Assembly: GCA_964016885.1 (NCBI GenBank)
Contig: OZ024744.1
Span: 67,642,001 to 67,706,000, forward strand
Direction: 5' to 3'
Source: Eledone cirrhosa
Lineage: Eukaryota
Length of the DNA: 64,000 bases
Under the pieces are notes generated by a model. It saw nothing but the letters and a program-made list of their open reading frames with translations, was not told where the DNA came from and did no database searches. Positions 14,238 to 26,530 of the stretch are shown in pieces. The stretch's first letter is position 1, and each line of letters begins with the position of its first letter. A program made the position numbers and the translations under genes.

Positions 14238-14726
14238 CGCAGCCACCACTACCACTACCACTACCACTACCACCACCACCACCACCACCACCACCACCAC
14301 CACCACCACCACCACCACCACCACCACCAGCACCACCACTACCACCACTACTACTACTACTACTATTACTACTACCGCAGTCACCAATACTACTACCACG
14401 ACCACCACCACCACCACCACCACCACTACTACTACTACTACCAGTACTACTACTACTGCAGTCACCACTACTACTACTACCACCACCACCACCAACACTA
14501 CCACCACCACCACTACTACTACCATCACCACCACCAACACTACCACCACCACCACCACCACTACCACTACTACAACTACCACCACCACCACTACCACTAC
14601 CGCCACTATTACTACCACCACCACCACTACTACTACTACTACCACGACCACCACTACTACTACAACCACCACCAACACCACCACGACCACCACCACGACT
14701 ACTACTACTACTACTACTACTACTAC
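14158..14726. repeat. (ACC/ACT)n microsatellite
   Basis: Read directly. Confidence 0.95.
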
Positions 14727-14982
14727 ATATTTCTAGAAAGCCACATCATCTCTGGTTTCTTCTCATGATAATCTTCCAAGATTAGGTAAACCAAGTTTAG
14801 CCTCCAAGACTGGCCTTCCTTCTCCTAATCATCATTCTTCCTTCCTTATCTTTCAATATTCCACTCTTTACACCCCCACCACATTATATTTTACACTGAC
14901 ATAGCTACTTACCTCCCCACTAACTAACTGACCACATGCCTGCACATTCCCCCCCCCCCCTTCTCTGTATATATATATATAT

Positions 14983-15034
<52 letters not shown>

Positions 15035-15036
15035 CA

Positions 15037-15084
<48 letters not shown>

Positions 15085-15617
15085 CATTATATATATAACA
15101 TTATATATATATAACACTATATATAACATTATATATATAACATTATATATATATAACATTATATATAACATTATATATATATAACATTGGAAAGTGGAAA
15201 GTGGGTTGTTAATAAGACAGCGGCCTGCCTGCTACCATAGCAGCAGTCATGGCCAATATTGCTTGACAAATAATTTGGAGATAATTATAAAGAATTAATA
15301 TCTAGTAACATATATACACATACAGATGCATATCAATGCTAGCAAATATATAGGTTTTGTCTTAGTAACTTTGTGGTTCAATGCATGGGGTTGCAGAACA
15401 ATAATATGAGAGACGTAAAATAAGAAAATTATAAAATCCACTGATTAACCTCGATGTCACGTGATTGATTCTTTTTGAATTTGCCACCGACGCAGAGGCA
15501 GTGATTTTCTCAATGGCTAGGAATTCAGTCCACGCTTTGCTATTTTCTATCCACTGAATTATTTTTTAATAAGTTTCCAGAGTCCACGCTTTGCCTGGAT
15601 ACTTAGATGAGAATAGT

Positions 15618-15697
15618 CTTCCCTGGCGACGGAATGATTCTCCATGTTTTCTTCGGAAAATATATTTATTCCATTCCAGAAACTAATTAGTTGGAAG
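15618..15697 (+). ncRNA. Type I hammerhead with extended stem II, variant core CUGGCGA
   Basis: CTTCC CTGGCGA C GGAATG...CATTCC A GAAA CTAATTAG TT GGAAG. Confidence 0.65.
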
Positions 15698-16139
15698 TGA
15701 TATTTTAGTAAGTAAGTTAATTTTATAATTTTCTTATTTTACGTCTCTCATATTATTGTTCTGCAACCCCATGCATTGAACCACAAAGTTACTAAGACAG
15801 AACCTATATATTTGCTAGCATTGATATGCATCTGTATGTATATATATGTTACTAGATATTAATTCTTTATAATTATCTCCAAATTATTTGTCGAGCAATA
15901 TTGGCCATGACTGCTGCTATGGTAGCAGGCAGGCCGCTGTCTTATTAGCAAACCACTTTCCACTGATTGACCTCGATGTCACGTGATTGATTCTTTTTGA
16001 ATTTGCCACCGACGCAGAGGCAGTGATTTTCTCAATGGCTAGGAATTCAGTCCACGCTTTGCTATTTTCTATCCACTGAATTATTTTTTAATAAGTTTCC
16101 AGAGTCCACGCTTTGCCTGGATACTTAGATGAGAATAGT

Positions 16140-16219
16140 CTTCCCTGGCGACGGAATGATTCTCCATGTTTTCTTCGGAAAATATATTTATTCCATTCCA
16201 GAAACTAATTAGTTGGAAG
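16140..16219 (+). ncRNA. Type I hammerhead, variant core CUGGCGA (unit 2)
   Basis: Same as 15618-15697, shifted by 522. Confidence 0.65.
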
Positions 16220-16661
16220 TGATATTTTAGTAAGTAAGTTAATTTTATAATTTTCTTATTTTACGTCTCTCATATTATTGTTCTGCAACCCCATGCATTG
16301 AACCACAAAGTTACTAAGACAGAACCTATATATTTGCTAGCATTGATATGCATCTGTATGTATATATATGTTACTAGATATTAATTCTTTATAATTATCT
16401 CCAAATTATTTGTCGAGCAATATTGGCCATGACTGCTGCTATGGTAGCAGGCAGGCCGCTGTCTTATTAGCAAACCACTTTCCACTGATTGACCTCGATG
16501 TCACGTGATTGATTCTTTTTGAATTTGCCACCGACGCAGAGGCAGTGATTTTCTCAATGGCTAGGAATTCAGTCCACGCTTTGCTATTTTCTATCCACTG
16601 AATTATTTTTTAATAAGTTTCCAGAGTCCACGCTTTGCCTGGATACTTAGATGAGAATAGT

Positions 16662-16741
16662 CTTCCCTGACGACGGAATGATTCTCCATGTTTTCTTCGG
16701 AAAATATATTTATTCCATTCCAGAAACTAATTAGTTGGAAG
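16662..16741 (+). ncRNA. Type I hammerhead, canonical core CUGACGA (unit 3)
   Basis: CTTCC CTGACGA C GGAATG...CATTCC A GAAA CTAATTAG TT GGAAG. Confidence 0.78.
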
Positions 16742-16924
16742 TGATATTTTAGTAAGTAAGTTAATTTTATATTTTTCTTATTTTACGTCTCTCATATTAT
16801 TGTTCTGCAACCCCATGCATTGAACCACAAAGTTACTAAGACAAAACCTATATATTTGCTAGCATTGATATGCATCTGTATGTATATATATGTTACTAGA
16901 TATTAATTCTTTATAATATATATA

Positions 16925-18365
16925 TATATATATATAATATATATAAGAGCAAAAGATGGTTAAAAGAGTTCCATGTATTTTATTATGCGCATTTCAAAAA
17001 CAAATATCATCATGCAATAATATTTGTGTTTTCATCAGATAAAACAGGAAGACATGATATGAAGGTTAAAACACACTGTGGATAGTGCAATTTTAAATCA
17101 ACATATGAAAAGTAGTTTTAGATTGATGTGTGATATTGGGGAAAAAATATTTTATTTCGTGGGGGGGGGGGGGGATGAAAAAGAGGAGGAGATGAGAGTA
17201 AAAAGTGGAGAGGGAGGAGTATAATGAGGAAGGATGAGATAGGAGGAGAGATGGGTGATAGAGAGAGAGAGATAGCTTTTATAACTGAGAAGGATATATT
17301 GTTTTACATAGAGAGGTTGAAAACCGTTGGAAGATAATGTATAAATTAAAAGAATTTGAAAAATAACGAAGAGAAAAATAATGTAAAGTTAAGGTTTGTA
17401 TATTGAAGGGTTTAATAATATGTGCGATGAAAAGAAAATGTTAATATGTATTAAGAATAATATTTAATGGTTTAATAATATGTGCGATGGAAAGAAAAAG
17501 TTAATATGTATTAAGAATAATATTTAAGGGTTTAATAATATGTGCGATGGAAAGAAAAAGTTGATATGTATTATTAAAAAGAACAACAGGTAATTTAAGT
17601 AAGGATATATTGTGGGATGAGCATGAATGAGTTAGATGAAAGGGAGAAAAGAATAATGAATTGAGGATGAATAATCTAACGTCAAAAAAATGTTTATGTT
17701 TACGAAGGATTTTTACAAGGTGATATAGAGTAAGAATGTATTGTATTATGTAATAATTGATTCTATGTTAGGCAACAGTGAGAAAAGGTACAGATTAGGG
17801 GTTAGACATTAAAAGAAGAAGAGAAGAAAGGGAAGTGATAAATAGGAGCGATATAGAATGAGTAACAAGTATTATAGAATGAGTAACAAGTATTATAGAA
17901 TGAGTAACAAGTATTATATAATGTATAATAAAAACTTTGAAATAAGGTAGAAAGATGGGTATATTTTTAAAGAAGTGTATATATATATGTGTGCCTTTGA
18001 GAAAAAGATTCTAAATTGATAATGCTTTGGATATTAGCTGTATACTTTGTGGAATGTTTTGTGGAATTTATGCAAGCAGATAGAAAACAAGTCAGTGCGT
18101 CTATTTATTATAGAATCTAAATTAGATATAATGGTAAATGTTTCATTTAGACAGAGATTGCAAATCTTGGATAGAGAACTGTTCAAGTATGAATACGCAG
18201 AATAAACATTCTTCCAAAAGATGCTATATTTAATATTTTTGTCTTTCAAGGACCATATGAGTTCTGAGAGAGCCGTGTTGGTTCTTTTAAGTTTGTATTT
18301 AAAAGACGAATGATGGTTATAAAGACGAGCTTTAAAGGAGGTGGAAGTGGAGCCAAAATAGGTGA
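16925..18365 (-). mobile_element. 5'-truncated Penelope-like element (GIY-YIG C-terminus, long AT-rich 3' region, HHR)
   Basis: ORF 18034-18402 followed by a same-strand HHR; internal 60-bp x3 (~17408-17575) and 22-bp x3 (~17853-17920) tandems. Confidence 0.75.
16978..17044 (-). ncRNA. Type I hammerhead in the 3' region of a PLE
   Basis: Minus strand: TTTTAT CTGATGA AAACACAAATATTAT-tgcatg-ATGATATTTGTTTTT GAAA TGCGCA TA ATAAAA. Confidence 0.85.
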
Positions 18366-18402
18366 ATATATAAATGTACTGGGATTTAAACCTCTCCGAC
18401 AC
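18034..18402 (-). pseudogene. PLE GIY-YIG endonuclease fragment (Naiad-like)
   Basis: YFGSTSTSFKARLYNHHSSF...T.LS..IW.LK...I.W...CNLCLNE...INRR.D...CLH fits the YxG...FKxR..NH and C-terminal CxxC..CxH pattern. Confidence 0.8.
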
Positions 18403-18521
18403 TAATTTGCATGATAGACAAATAATAAAATTAGTAACCCCACTATCCGGGAGCTTCCAACAGACATGGTCGCATTCTTTAAGGGTATGTCAATATTTGT
18501 TTATAAAACTGATCTATATTA

Positions 18522-18586
18522 TATTTTATCTGATGAAAGCGCACCATAATTTGCTTTGGTGTCCTTGAAATATGTATAATGAAATA
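18522..18586 (+). ncRNA. Type I hammerhead
   Basis: TATTTTAT CTGATGA AAGcGCACCA-loop-TGGTGTcCTT GAAA TATGTA TA ATGAAATA. Confidence 0.82.
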
Positions 18587-18716
18587 AATATGGTTTTATA
18601 AATATAGTTTCCATTTGTTAATATATTGTATTTTTACTCAAAAAATTTGTTGAGTGCTTTATATCAGTTATAAAAATATTTGCTTGTTGTATCCCAACAA
18701 ATTAAATATAACTTCT

Positions 18717-18752
<36 letters not shown>

Positions 18753-18958
18753 TTCGTTTCTGAATTTGTTTAGCAAGATTCTTTATCCGAAAATGTGTGT
18801 TGAAACCGATATTGTTATGCTTTGGGAGGGTCACGTTGCCGACACACGCACCAGTTGCTTTCACTCCAATTTATAATCAATTAAATTTATAAATTTAAGA
18901 AATTTATAAATTTCCGGTTGGTTGGTTGGTTCCATAACCGGACGGTTGTTCATATGTT

Positions 18959-19001
18959 GTCAAAGTTCTTTCGTCACACATTCTGTGACCTCTTCAGTGA
19001 C
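18959..19001 (-). ncRNA. Minimal type I hammerhead
   Basis: Minus strand: GTCA CTGAAGA G GTCACA-gaatg-TGTGAC GAAA GAAC TT TGAC; identical copy at 62868-62910. Confidence 0.75.
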
Positions 19002-19196
19002 TGGGGATTCTTTTCTTTGTTTTGTACCTCTCCTTTGTTCTGTCCTACGCCATCTTGTTTGGTGGTAGTAGTAGTGGTGGTTTTCACTTCTGTATCTTTT
19101 ATATCAGTTAATTTATTCAGTCCTCAATGTTTACTATTGACTGAACAACGGTCAAAAATACAGATATAATATAGATATAAACACATATATATAGTC

Positions 19197-19240
19197 TAAC
19201 AAAGTTCTTTCGTTGCACATCTGCAACATCGTCAGTGGTG
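19197..19240 (-). ncRNA. Minimal type I hammerhead (weak stem I)
   Basis: Minus strand: CACCA CTGACGA T GTTGCA-gatg-TGCAAC GAAA GAAC TT TGTTA. Confidence 0.6.
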
Positions 19241-20069
19241 CTATTATGTTCCTCCTGTTGTATTGGATATCTACGCCATCTTTATTTTATCTGTTTATTT
19301 ATTTATTTATTTTTGTCTTCATCTCTGCGCATGCGTTTGCGTGTGTGTATAGTGTTTGGTGTGCGTTCGCGTCTGGGTGACTGTGTTTTGGTTGTTGTAT
19401 TCTATCTTAGTTTACTAATGTGTGCTTATATGTGTTTGTTGTTATTGTGTATATATTTATTTATTTATTCATTTATTTATATTTCTCTTAAGTCAGTACT
19501 GTTTGTTTGGGTGCTGTTATTCTATTCATTTTTTTCTGTTTAGCTTTGGCCTTCTAAGTTCTATTTCACTGGCCTCTCTGATTTGCCTATCTGCTGGGTC
19601 ATTTCTATGTTTAGATATTATTTTAATTTCTATGTCGTCTATGTTACCACCATGTTGTTGTCTGGCGTGTTCGCATAGTACTGAACGGTTTTTTCGTCCT
19701 TTTAGTTCCCCCAGTGTTGGTCTATCCTTTCACCTATGCTACGAGCTGTCTCACCTATGTATGTTGTTGTCATGTTTCTGCAAGTACCCTCTGTACATCT
19801 TATGCTATAGACTACGTTTCTAGTTTTACAGTTTATCCGGGGGTTTACTTTACATATGATACATTTCCTATTAGTACAGTGGGTTTTCTTAAAAGGGTAT
19901 GTTTTGCTGATCAGTTCCTGTCACTTTAATCTTTAAGTGAGTCTTTCTCATGGCCTTTCTACACTGGTTAGCTAATTTCCATCCAGGGGTAGCGTCCACG
20001 AACATGACACTCTGGTATCTCTGGTTGTCGTACCATGAAGTGGCTTTCCCTATCTTATGTTTAGTCCTA

Positions 20070-20325
20070 TCTAACGTGGTTCTGTCTTTGCGCGTAATTG
20101 TTTTTCACCGCTCCTATTAATGACGTATTATTCGTTTTTTCCCGTTCTTTGCCAGCGAACGTTCCCACGAACCAAAGTATCGTCTTCCTGTCTTCCTCCG
20201 GTTGCAACGTTTTTTGAAATATCCAGTTCTGCGTTTACAGATTGACTTTGTTAGTTTCAGAAGGTCCCGTTAAGGGTGAAAGCAGCGATTCTTTGCTTAA
20301 ACTTTAATCTGTTATTTTAATAAAT
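20070..20325. repeat. Dispersed repeat, also at 61265-61520 (inverted) and 62400-62610
   Basis: Shared CAAAGTATCGTCTTC...GGTTGCAAC...CAGATTGAC...GCTTAAACTTTAATC. Confidence 0.85.
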
Positions 20326-20358
20326 ATATATATATATATATATGTATATACATACATG

Positions 20359-20399
<41 letters not shown>

Positions 20400-20404
<5 letters not shown>

Positions 20405-20693
20405 TGTGCGTATGGGTTTACCGAACATTTATTATAATGTTTGGTTTGTTTGCAAACAAACAGCCCGAATTAAGCCGTACAGTGTTCGGCAACCATCGTT
20501 GCCCTTTTGTTCAAAACTGATAAAGGAACGATGAACCAGTTTCTAGCTTATTAGCTGTCATCAGCACTGCATACCTTCCTGTCAGTCGAATTAGTGTTTG
20601 AAAGTATATACTTTCCTTATGCATATTAACGGCTGAGCAGCCTAATTTGCATATCGAGTGAGTTAGTCGGCCGGGCGTACTGAAAACGATAAA

Positions 20694-20751
<58 letters not shown>

Positions 20752-20943
20752 CGATATATATATATATTCTATAGCTGTTGATCGTGGATAGATAGCTGTC
20801 GTTTATTTATCTATTATTTCTTCATAGGTGCCTTTTAATCTTATAGCCTGGTTTAATTGTTTTTTTGCGTGGTTGATTATGATGATTGGGAGAGGAAATA
20901 ATGTATATATTTTATCAAATTATTCTATGGCCATACTTTATGG

Positions 20944-21003
<60 letters not shown>

Positions 21004-21697
21004 TATATATATATAAATGGAAAAGAATGAAACGAAATTTCATTTCTCAATCTTAGTATGGCTGATACCTAAATATAAGTATATATACGTACATACATAT
21101 ATGTGTACAGACGTACAGTAGTATGTATATATATACATACATGCACACATATATATATGTACGTATGGGTTTACCGAATATTTATTATAATGTTCGGTTT
21201 GTTTGTAAACAAACAGCGCGAATTACGCCGTGCAGTGCTCGGCAATCATCGTCGCCCTTTTGTTCAACACTGACAAAGGTACTAGTTTCAAGCTTATTAG
21301 CTATCGTCAGCATCGTATACCTTTCTGTCAGATGATTGAACGTTTGAAAGTATATACTTTTCTTATGCATATTAACGGCTGAGCAGCCTAATTTGCATAT
21401 CGAGTGGGTTAATCGGCCGGACGTACCGAAAACGATAAATCGAAAAGAATGAAACGAAATTTCATTTCTCACTCTTCGTACGCTAGATACCTAAATATAC
21501 GTATGTATACGTACATACATATATGTGTACAGACGTACAGTAGTATGTATATATATATACATACATGCACACATATATATATGTACGTATGGGTTTACCG
21601 AACATTTATTATAATGTTCGGTTTGTTTGTAAACAAACAGCCCGAATTACGCCGTACAGTGCTCGGCAACCATCGTCGCCCCATTTGTTCAACACTG
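20400..21697 (-). mobile_element. Tandem array of ~430-bp HHR-containing monomers, interrupted at ~20700-21015
   Basis: GTATGGGTTTACCGAA recurs at ~20410, 21163 and 21587. HHR motifs at 20529-20569 and 21280-21315; the second lacks its 3' stem I strand. Confidence 0.8.
20529..20569 (-). ncRNA. Type I hammerhead (diverged)
   Basis: Minus strand: CAGTG CTGATGA C AGCT-aata-AGCT A GAAA CTGG TT CATCG. Confidence 0.65.
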
Positions 21698-21698
21698 A

Positions 21699-21723
21699 GA
21701 GTTGGACTGATAGTAAGACAGAT

Positions 21724-21767
<44 letters not shown>

Positions 21768-22769
21768 CTATAAATTATGTCCATAGAATCATTTGATAAG
21801 ATATATACTCCATTTGCCCCTCTTCCAATTAGCATAATCAACCACACAAAAAAACAATTAAACCAGGCTATAAGATTAAAAGGCACCTGTGAAGAAATAA
21901 TACATAAATAAATGACGGCCATCTATTCGCGATCAACCGCTATAGAATATTTACCCAGCAATTCAATAGCACGTGGAAATTGATTAAATATATCGTCAAC
22001 CATACACAATTAGGTATAAAATTAAATTTAAAAGAAAAAATGCATATACACCTATCAGGATTACGTTTCTACCCTTTAGGGCTTTGTTCGCTTTCGGAAA
22101 TATCCTATCAAGGATAAATTCTCGAGCTTCGAACTCATCAGAAAACAAACTCACTAGGACGAAGATTTTTCTTATATGATCCCCGCCAGAAATGAATTCA
22201 AAATGGCTAAGAACTGTGACGTGGCAGTGGTCAAGTCAGAAAGAATGTGATTGGTGCCTTACGGCGAGTGGGCTGGTTGCTAGAAAGCGCAGCCCAATAT
22301 TGCCTAAATTGCATCTCAACCTTATGGGAGATTATCAAATATAAAGATTTACATATACACAAACTAGACAAAGTCATAGATATATACGTTTTTGGCAACC
22401 ATTCACAATGTGGCTCAATGATGAATTAATAAATTAAATAATCAGAGCAATATTCTATAAATTATGTCCATAGAATCATTTGATAAGATATATACTCCAT
22501 TTCCTCTCCCAATTAGCATAATGAACCACACAAAAAAACAATTAAACCAGGCTATAAGATTAAAAGGCACCTGTGAAGAAATAATAGATAAATAAACGAC
22601 AGCCATCTATTCGCGATCAACAGCTATAGAATATACCAATATTACCCATCATTTCAATAGCATGTGGAAATCGATTAAATATATCGTCAACCATACACAA
22701 TTAGGTATAAAATTAAAGTTAGAAGAAAAAATGCATATGCACATACCAGGATTATGTTTCATATATATA

Positions 22770-22849
<80 letters not shown>

Positions 22850-22875
22850 ATCTGTCTTACTAGCAGTCCAACTCT
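21699..22875. mobile_element. Segment bounded by 33-bp inverted repeats with an internal tandem duplication
   Basis: AGAGTTGGACTGATAGTAAGACAGATAGACTAT vs ATAGTCTATCTGTCTTACTAGCAGTCCAACTCT (one mismatch). Internal ~300-bp repeat at ~21768 and ~22455; an inverted copy at ~20765-20945. Confidence 0.65.
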
Positions 22876-23154
22876 AATTTATTCATTACTCCTCCCCCTT
22901 CAGCGCAGCTTCTGCACTTTATTCCATGTCCCCACCCTTTTTCATATTTCCAGCAACCGCTCCCACTCCGGACCCTTCCAATCCCAGTTCCCCACCCATA
23001 CACCCATCTTCAATTTCTTTCATGTATTTTTCCTTTCATATTTGAACTTCATTATAAATCACAGCACAAGCCTGCTGCCCCTTCTCCACTCGGAAATAGA
23101 CGGGGGGGGGGGGGCAAGGTGTAGGGTGGAGGGGGTAGAGGATATTGTCTCTAT

Positions 23155-23158
23155 GGCA

Positions 23159-23190
<32 letters not shown>

Positions 23191-23334
23191 CTATCTCTCT
23201 CCATTTCTATCTGTCTCTCTCTCCCTGCCTCCCTCACACCTTCTCTCTCACTCCCTCTATCTTCCTCTGTCTCTCGCTCTCCTCTGTCTCTTTCTCACAC
23301 CATCACACCCTCTCTCTCTTCCTCTGTCTCTCTC

Positions 23335-23378
<44 letters not shown>

Positions 23379-24503
23379 CTGTCTTTCTCTCTTTCTCTCC
23401 CTTCTTTTTCTATCTTCCTCTATCACTCTATCATTCTATCACTCTGTCTCTATCCACTCCCCCTCCCTCTCTCTCTCTCACTCTCTCACCCATTCACTCA
23501 CTCATCATCTTCCTTATCACTTTACTCATTTTTCTAGTATTCATTCATTCATTCATCTATCGACATTCCCACTTCATTCATTCAATCACTTATTCCCTTT
23601 TGGCTCATACACTCCTCATTATGTGTCACATGAACCCTTTTCAACTTACACATCATCCTTCCCACCCTATCATTCTCGCTTGTTCCCCTTCACATGTACT
23701 TTCACACCTCTCTCCTCTCTCTCTTTCACACACACACAAACACAGACACAAACACAGACACACACACACAGACCCATACACACAGACACATACACACACA
23801 CAGACCCATACACACAGACACATACACACACACACTCAGACGCATACACACATACACACACACATACACACATACACATACACACATACACACACATACA
23901 CACATACACACACATACACACACACACACAGGACACATACACACACACAAAAACACAAACACAGACACAGACACAGACACACACATATACACATACAGAC
24001 ACACACACAGACATACACACACACACACACTCAGACACATAAACACATACAAAAACACAGACACAGACACACACACACATGCACACATACAGGCCCATAC
24101 ACACAGACACATACACATACACTCAGACACATACACACATACACACACATACACATACACACACATACACACACATACACACACATACATACATACACAT
24201 ACACACACACATACACATACACATACACATGCACACACAAACACCAAACACACACACTCAGACACACGCACATACACACACACATATACATATACACACA
24301 CATACACACACACATGCACGCACACACACACACACACACATACACATGCATTTTGTTTACTTTGTTTTTATTCCATCTTTCTTTGTCTTTCTTTTAATCT
24401 TACTCAAAATTCTCTTTACACCTCCACTTTTTGTCTGTCTATCTGTCTGTCTGTCTGTCTGTCTGGCTGGCTATCTATAAATCTATCTATCTATCTATCT
24501 ATC
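23155..24503. repeat. (CT)n, (CA)n, (GTCT)n and (TCTA)n simple-repeat block
   Basis: Read directly. Confidence 0.95.
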
Positions 24504-25749
24504 TGGGTAACGAGGGAGCCAAAGCTGTTAGCTGGGCCCGGGTGACGGAGGCGAAAAGTGGCAACAAGTCCACGATTCCGTCTTTGAAGGACCAAGACGG
24601 ATGTGTGAAACGTGAGCCGAAGCAGATGTGCGCGGCCTGGGGATGCCGTGGCTGACGATGTGCAAACACGCGCTCAGGCTGCGGCATCTCTCCGTATTCC
24701 TCACCGGACAACCGATTCGTGAGGCGAGCCTTTCCACGACTCGTCTCGCTGACCGAGCTGCAGTCCTGGGTCAAGCAAAGACCGAGGAAAATGGGCGACT
24801 GGCACACCGAATGTGCTCAGGCGCTCATAGCCCTCTGGCAGGGGGACTCGGCGATCAGTGGGGACTCCATTTCGTCATTCTATAGAAGGTTGATCAGCAG
24901 CAAGTGCGACGACGCGCTCGGAGAAACTCTAGGCGTAGAGGAAGACGAACTGGCCAGTCTGTTCGGTAGGACCTTCTGCCTGGGACCGATGGACAACTTC
25001 CAAAAGTCCCTGGCCTGGCAGTGCTACCGAGGAGCTCTACCAGTTCGAGACAAGCTCTACAGACATGGGCGTCCGGGCAGGGACCCTTCAAAAAAGATCT
25101 GTCCGAGATGCGTGCGAGACGAAGAAACCGTCACGCACGCTTCATACACTGCCCGGGCGTTACAGACCTGTGGGGCTATGTAGAATGACTATTATCGCGG
25201 GTGGGACCAATCAGGTTGATCACCGAGTCCATTGTCATGATCAAACCGCCACCCTCCTTCAAAAACGAAGGAGAGGCGGTTTTCCTTTGTGTGATAGCTA
25301 TGGCAAAAGAGGTTGTATGGTGGACGAGGTTGAAAGGGCTGAGGTCAGACACCTTTCTCTCCGGCCAATAACTGATTCTTTTTTTCAAATACCACTTTGG
25401 AAGAAGAATCAGGATGGAGAGAGAGGTGCTGTACCCCAGCAAGTTTTATGAAAGGTGGGTGAAAGTGGCGAGAATGGTCCGAGTGAATGCGCCTTCCCTC
25501 TATATCAGCCTGTAGGTTGAGGAAAAAGAGGAAGAGAGGAAACTCTTCGTACTCCTGGAGATGATGGTTGCACATTTTTCCGGGGGTATGTGTTACCCAT
25601 ATGTAATGTCTTCCCCTATTGGGGAAAATTGATTAATTTTTAAATTGCATTTGTGATAGTATTTTACACGTTTTTATTGTATGTAAATTTCCCCCTTTGT
25701 ATTTATCCCCTTCTTTTGTGCCCCTGTGGCTAATAAAGAAACATATCTA
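24504..25749 (+). mobile_element. 5'-truncated Tx1 copy with a ~1.36-kb internal deletion
   Basis: 24504-24635 matches ~30052-30185, then jumps to ~31542; full 3' UTR; preceded by (TCTA)n. Confidence 0.92.
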
Positions 25750-25768
25750 ACAAACTCATTCCCTCACT

Positions 25769-26530
25769 TTAGTGAATCGTCTGTACATTGAGATCCAAGT
25801 TTTTTCGAAACAGAATAGCAACTCCCCCTCCACCTCCTGACTGACAGAGAGATGCGTAGATCTCAAAATCATTGAACATGGGGGTTAGCTGCTGCTTGTG
25901 AATCCTGGACTCAGTGATGGCTATCACATCTATACAATGTGACCTGAGGTCATTTAAAAGCTGGCCCTGTTTCCAGGGCATGACCAGGCCACGTACATTC
26001 AAACATCCAACTTGTATAGTTGCCATGTTGGTGAAGAAGAGTTAAGGAGAGAAAAGGCAGGAACACTTACCTTTTCGTTTCCTGGAGGTCGGGTTGTTCG
26101 ATCACAATGTCCAGATTGGTATTGTTTGGGGATGGAGGGAATCCTTTTAGCAGGACACGGTTAATGGGTTTTTGGCAAGGGGGCCCACATCATGTGGGAT
26201 GTTCCCTTTTAAAGTTTCGTACTGTAGGGTTGTTACCCTGATAAGTTTGAGGTTTGGGGGTGGGTCGTTGGTGGGGAAGGTTTTCTGTTCCGTTTGTATT
26301 GTGGGGTCCTTTCGGACAGTTTCCACCAGTTCTTTGTTTCTTGTTTCTATGTATGTGTAATGCGTTTTTTTTTTATGTGTACTGTTTCTGTTTTTAGTTT
26401 TCTTTTTGTGGTTGGGGTTTGTGATTGTGGTGGTGTGGGTGTTTGTTTTGTTGGTGAAGTGTCTGGTTGTGTTGTTGGTGTGGTTGTCGTTTGTGACGGT
26501 ATGTTTATGTCAGTGTTGGGTGTGTGCGTG
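25769..26530 (-). mobile_element. Inverted Tx1 segment (ORF1 3' end + ORF2 APE start)
   Basis: Minus ORF 25769-26026 MATIQVGCLNVRGL; T/P/K-rich ORF1 linker upstream. Confidence 0.88.

Larger units (their letters stand above)
15189..16917 (+). mobile_element. Array of 522-bp HHR-containing monomers (about 2.8 tandem units) preceded by an inverted partial unit; retrozyme/PLE pLTR-like
   Basis: Unit starts (CCACTGATT) at 15438, 15960, 16482. 15189-15437 is the reverse complement of the unit's 3' ~245 bp. (AT)-rich tracts on both sides; no ORF. Confidence 0.85.
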
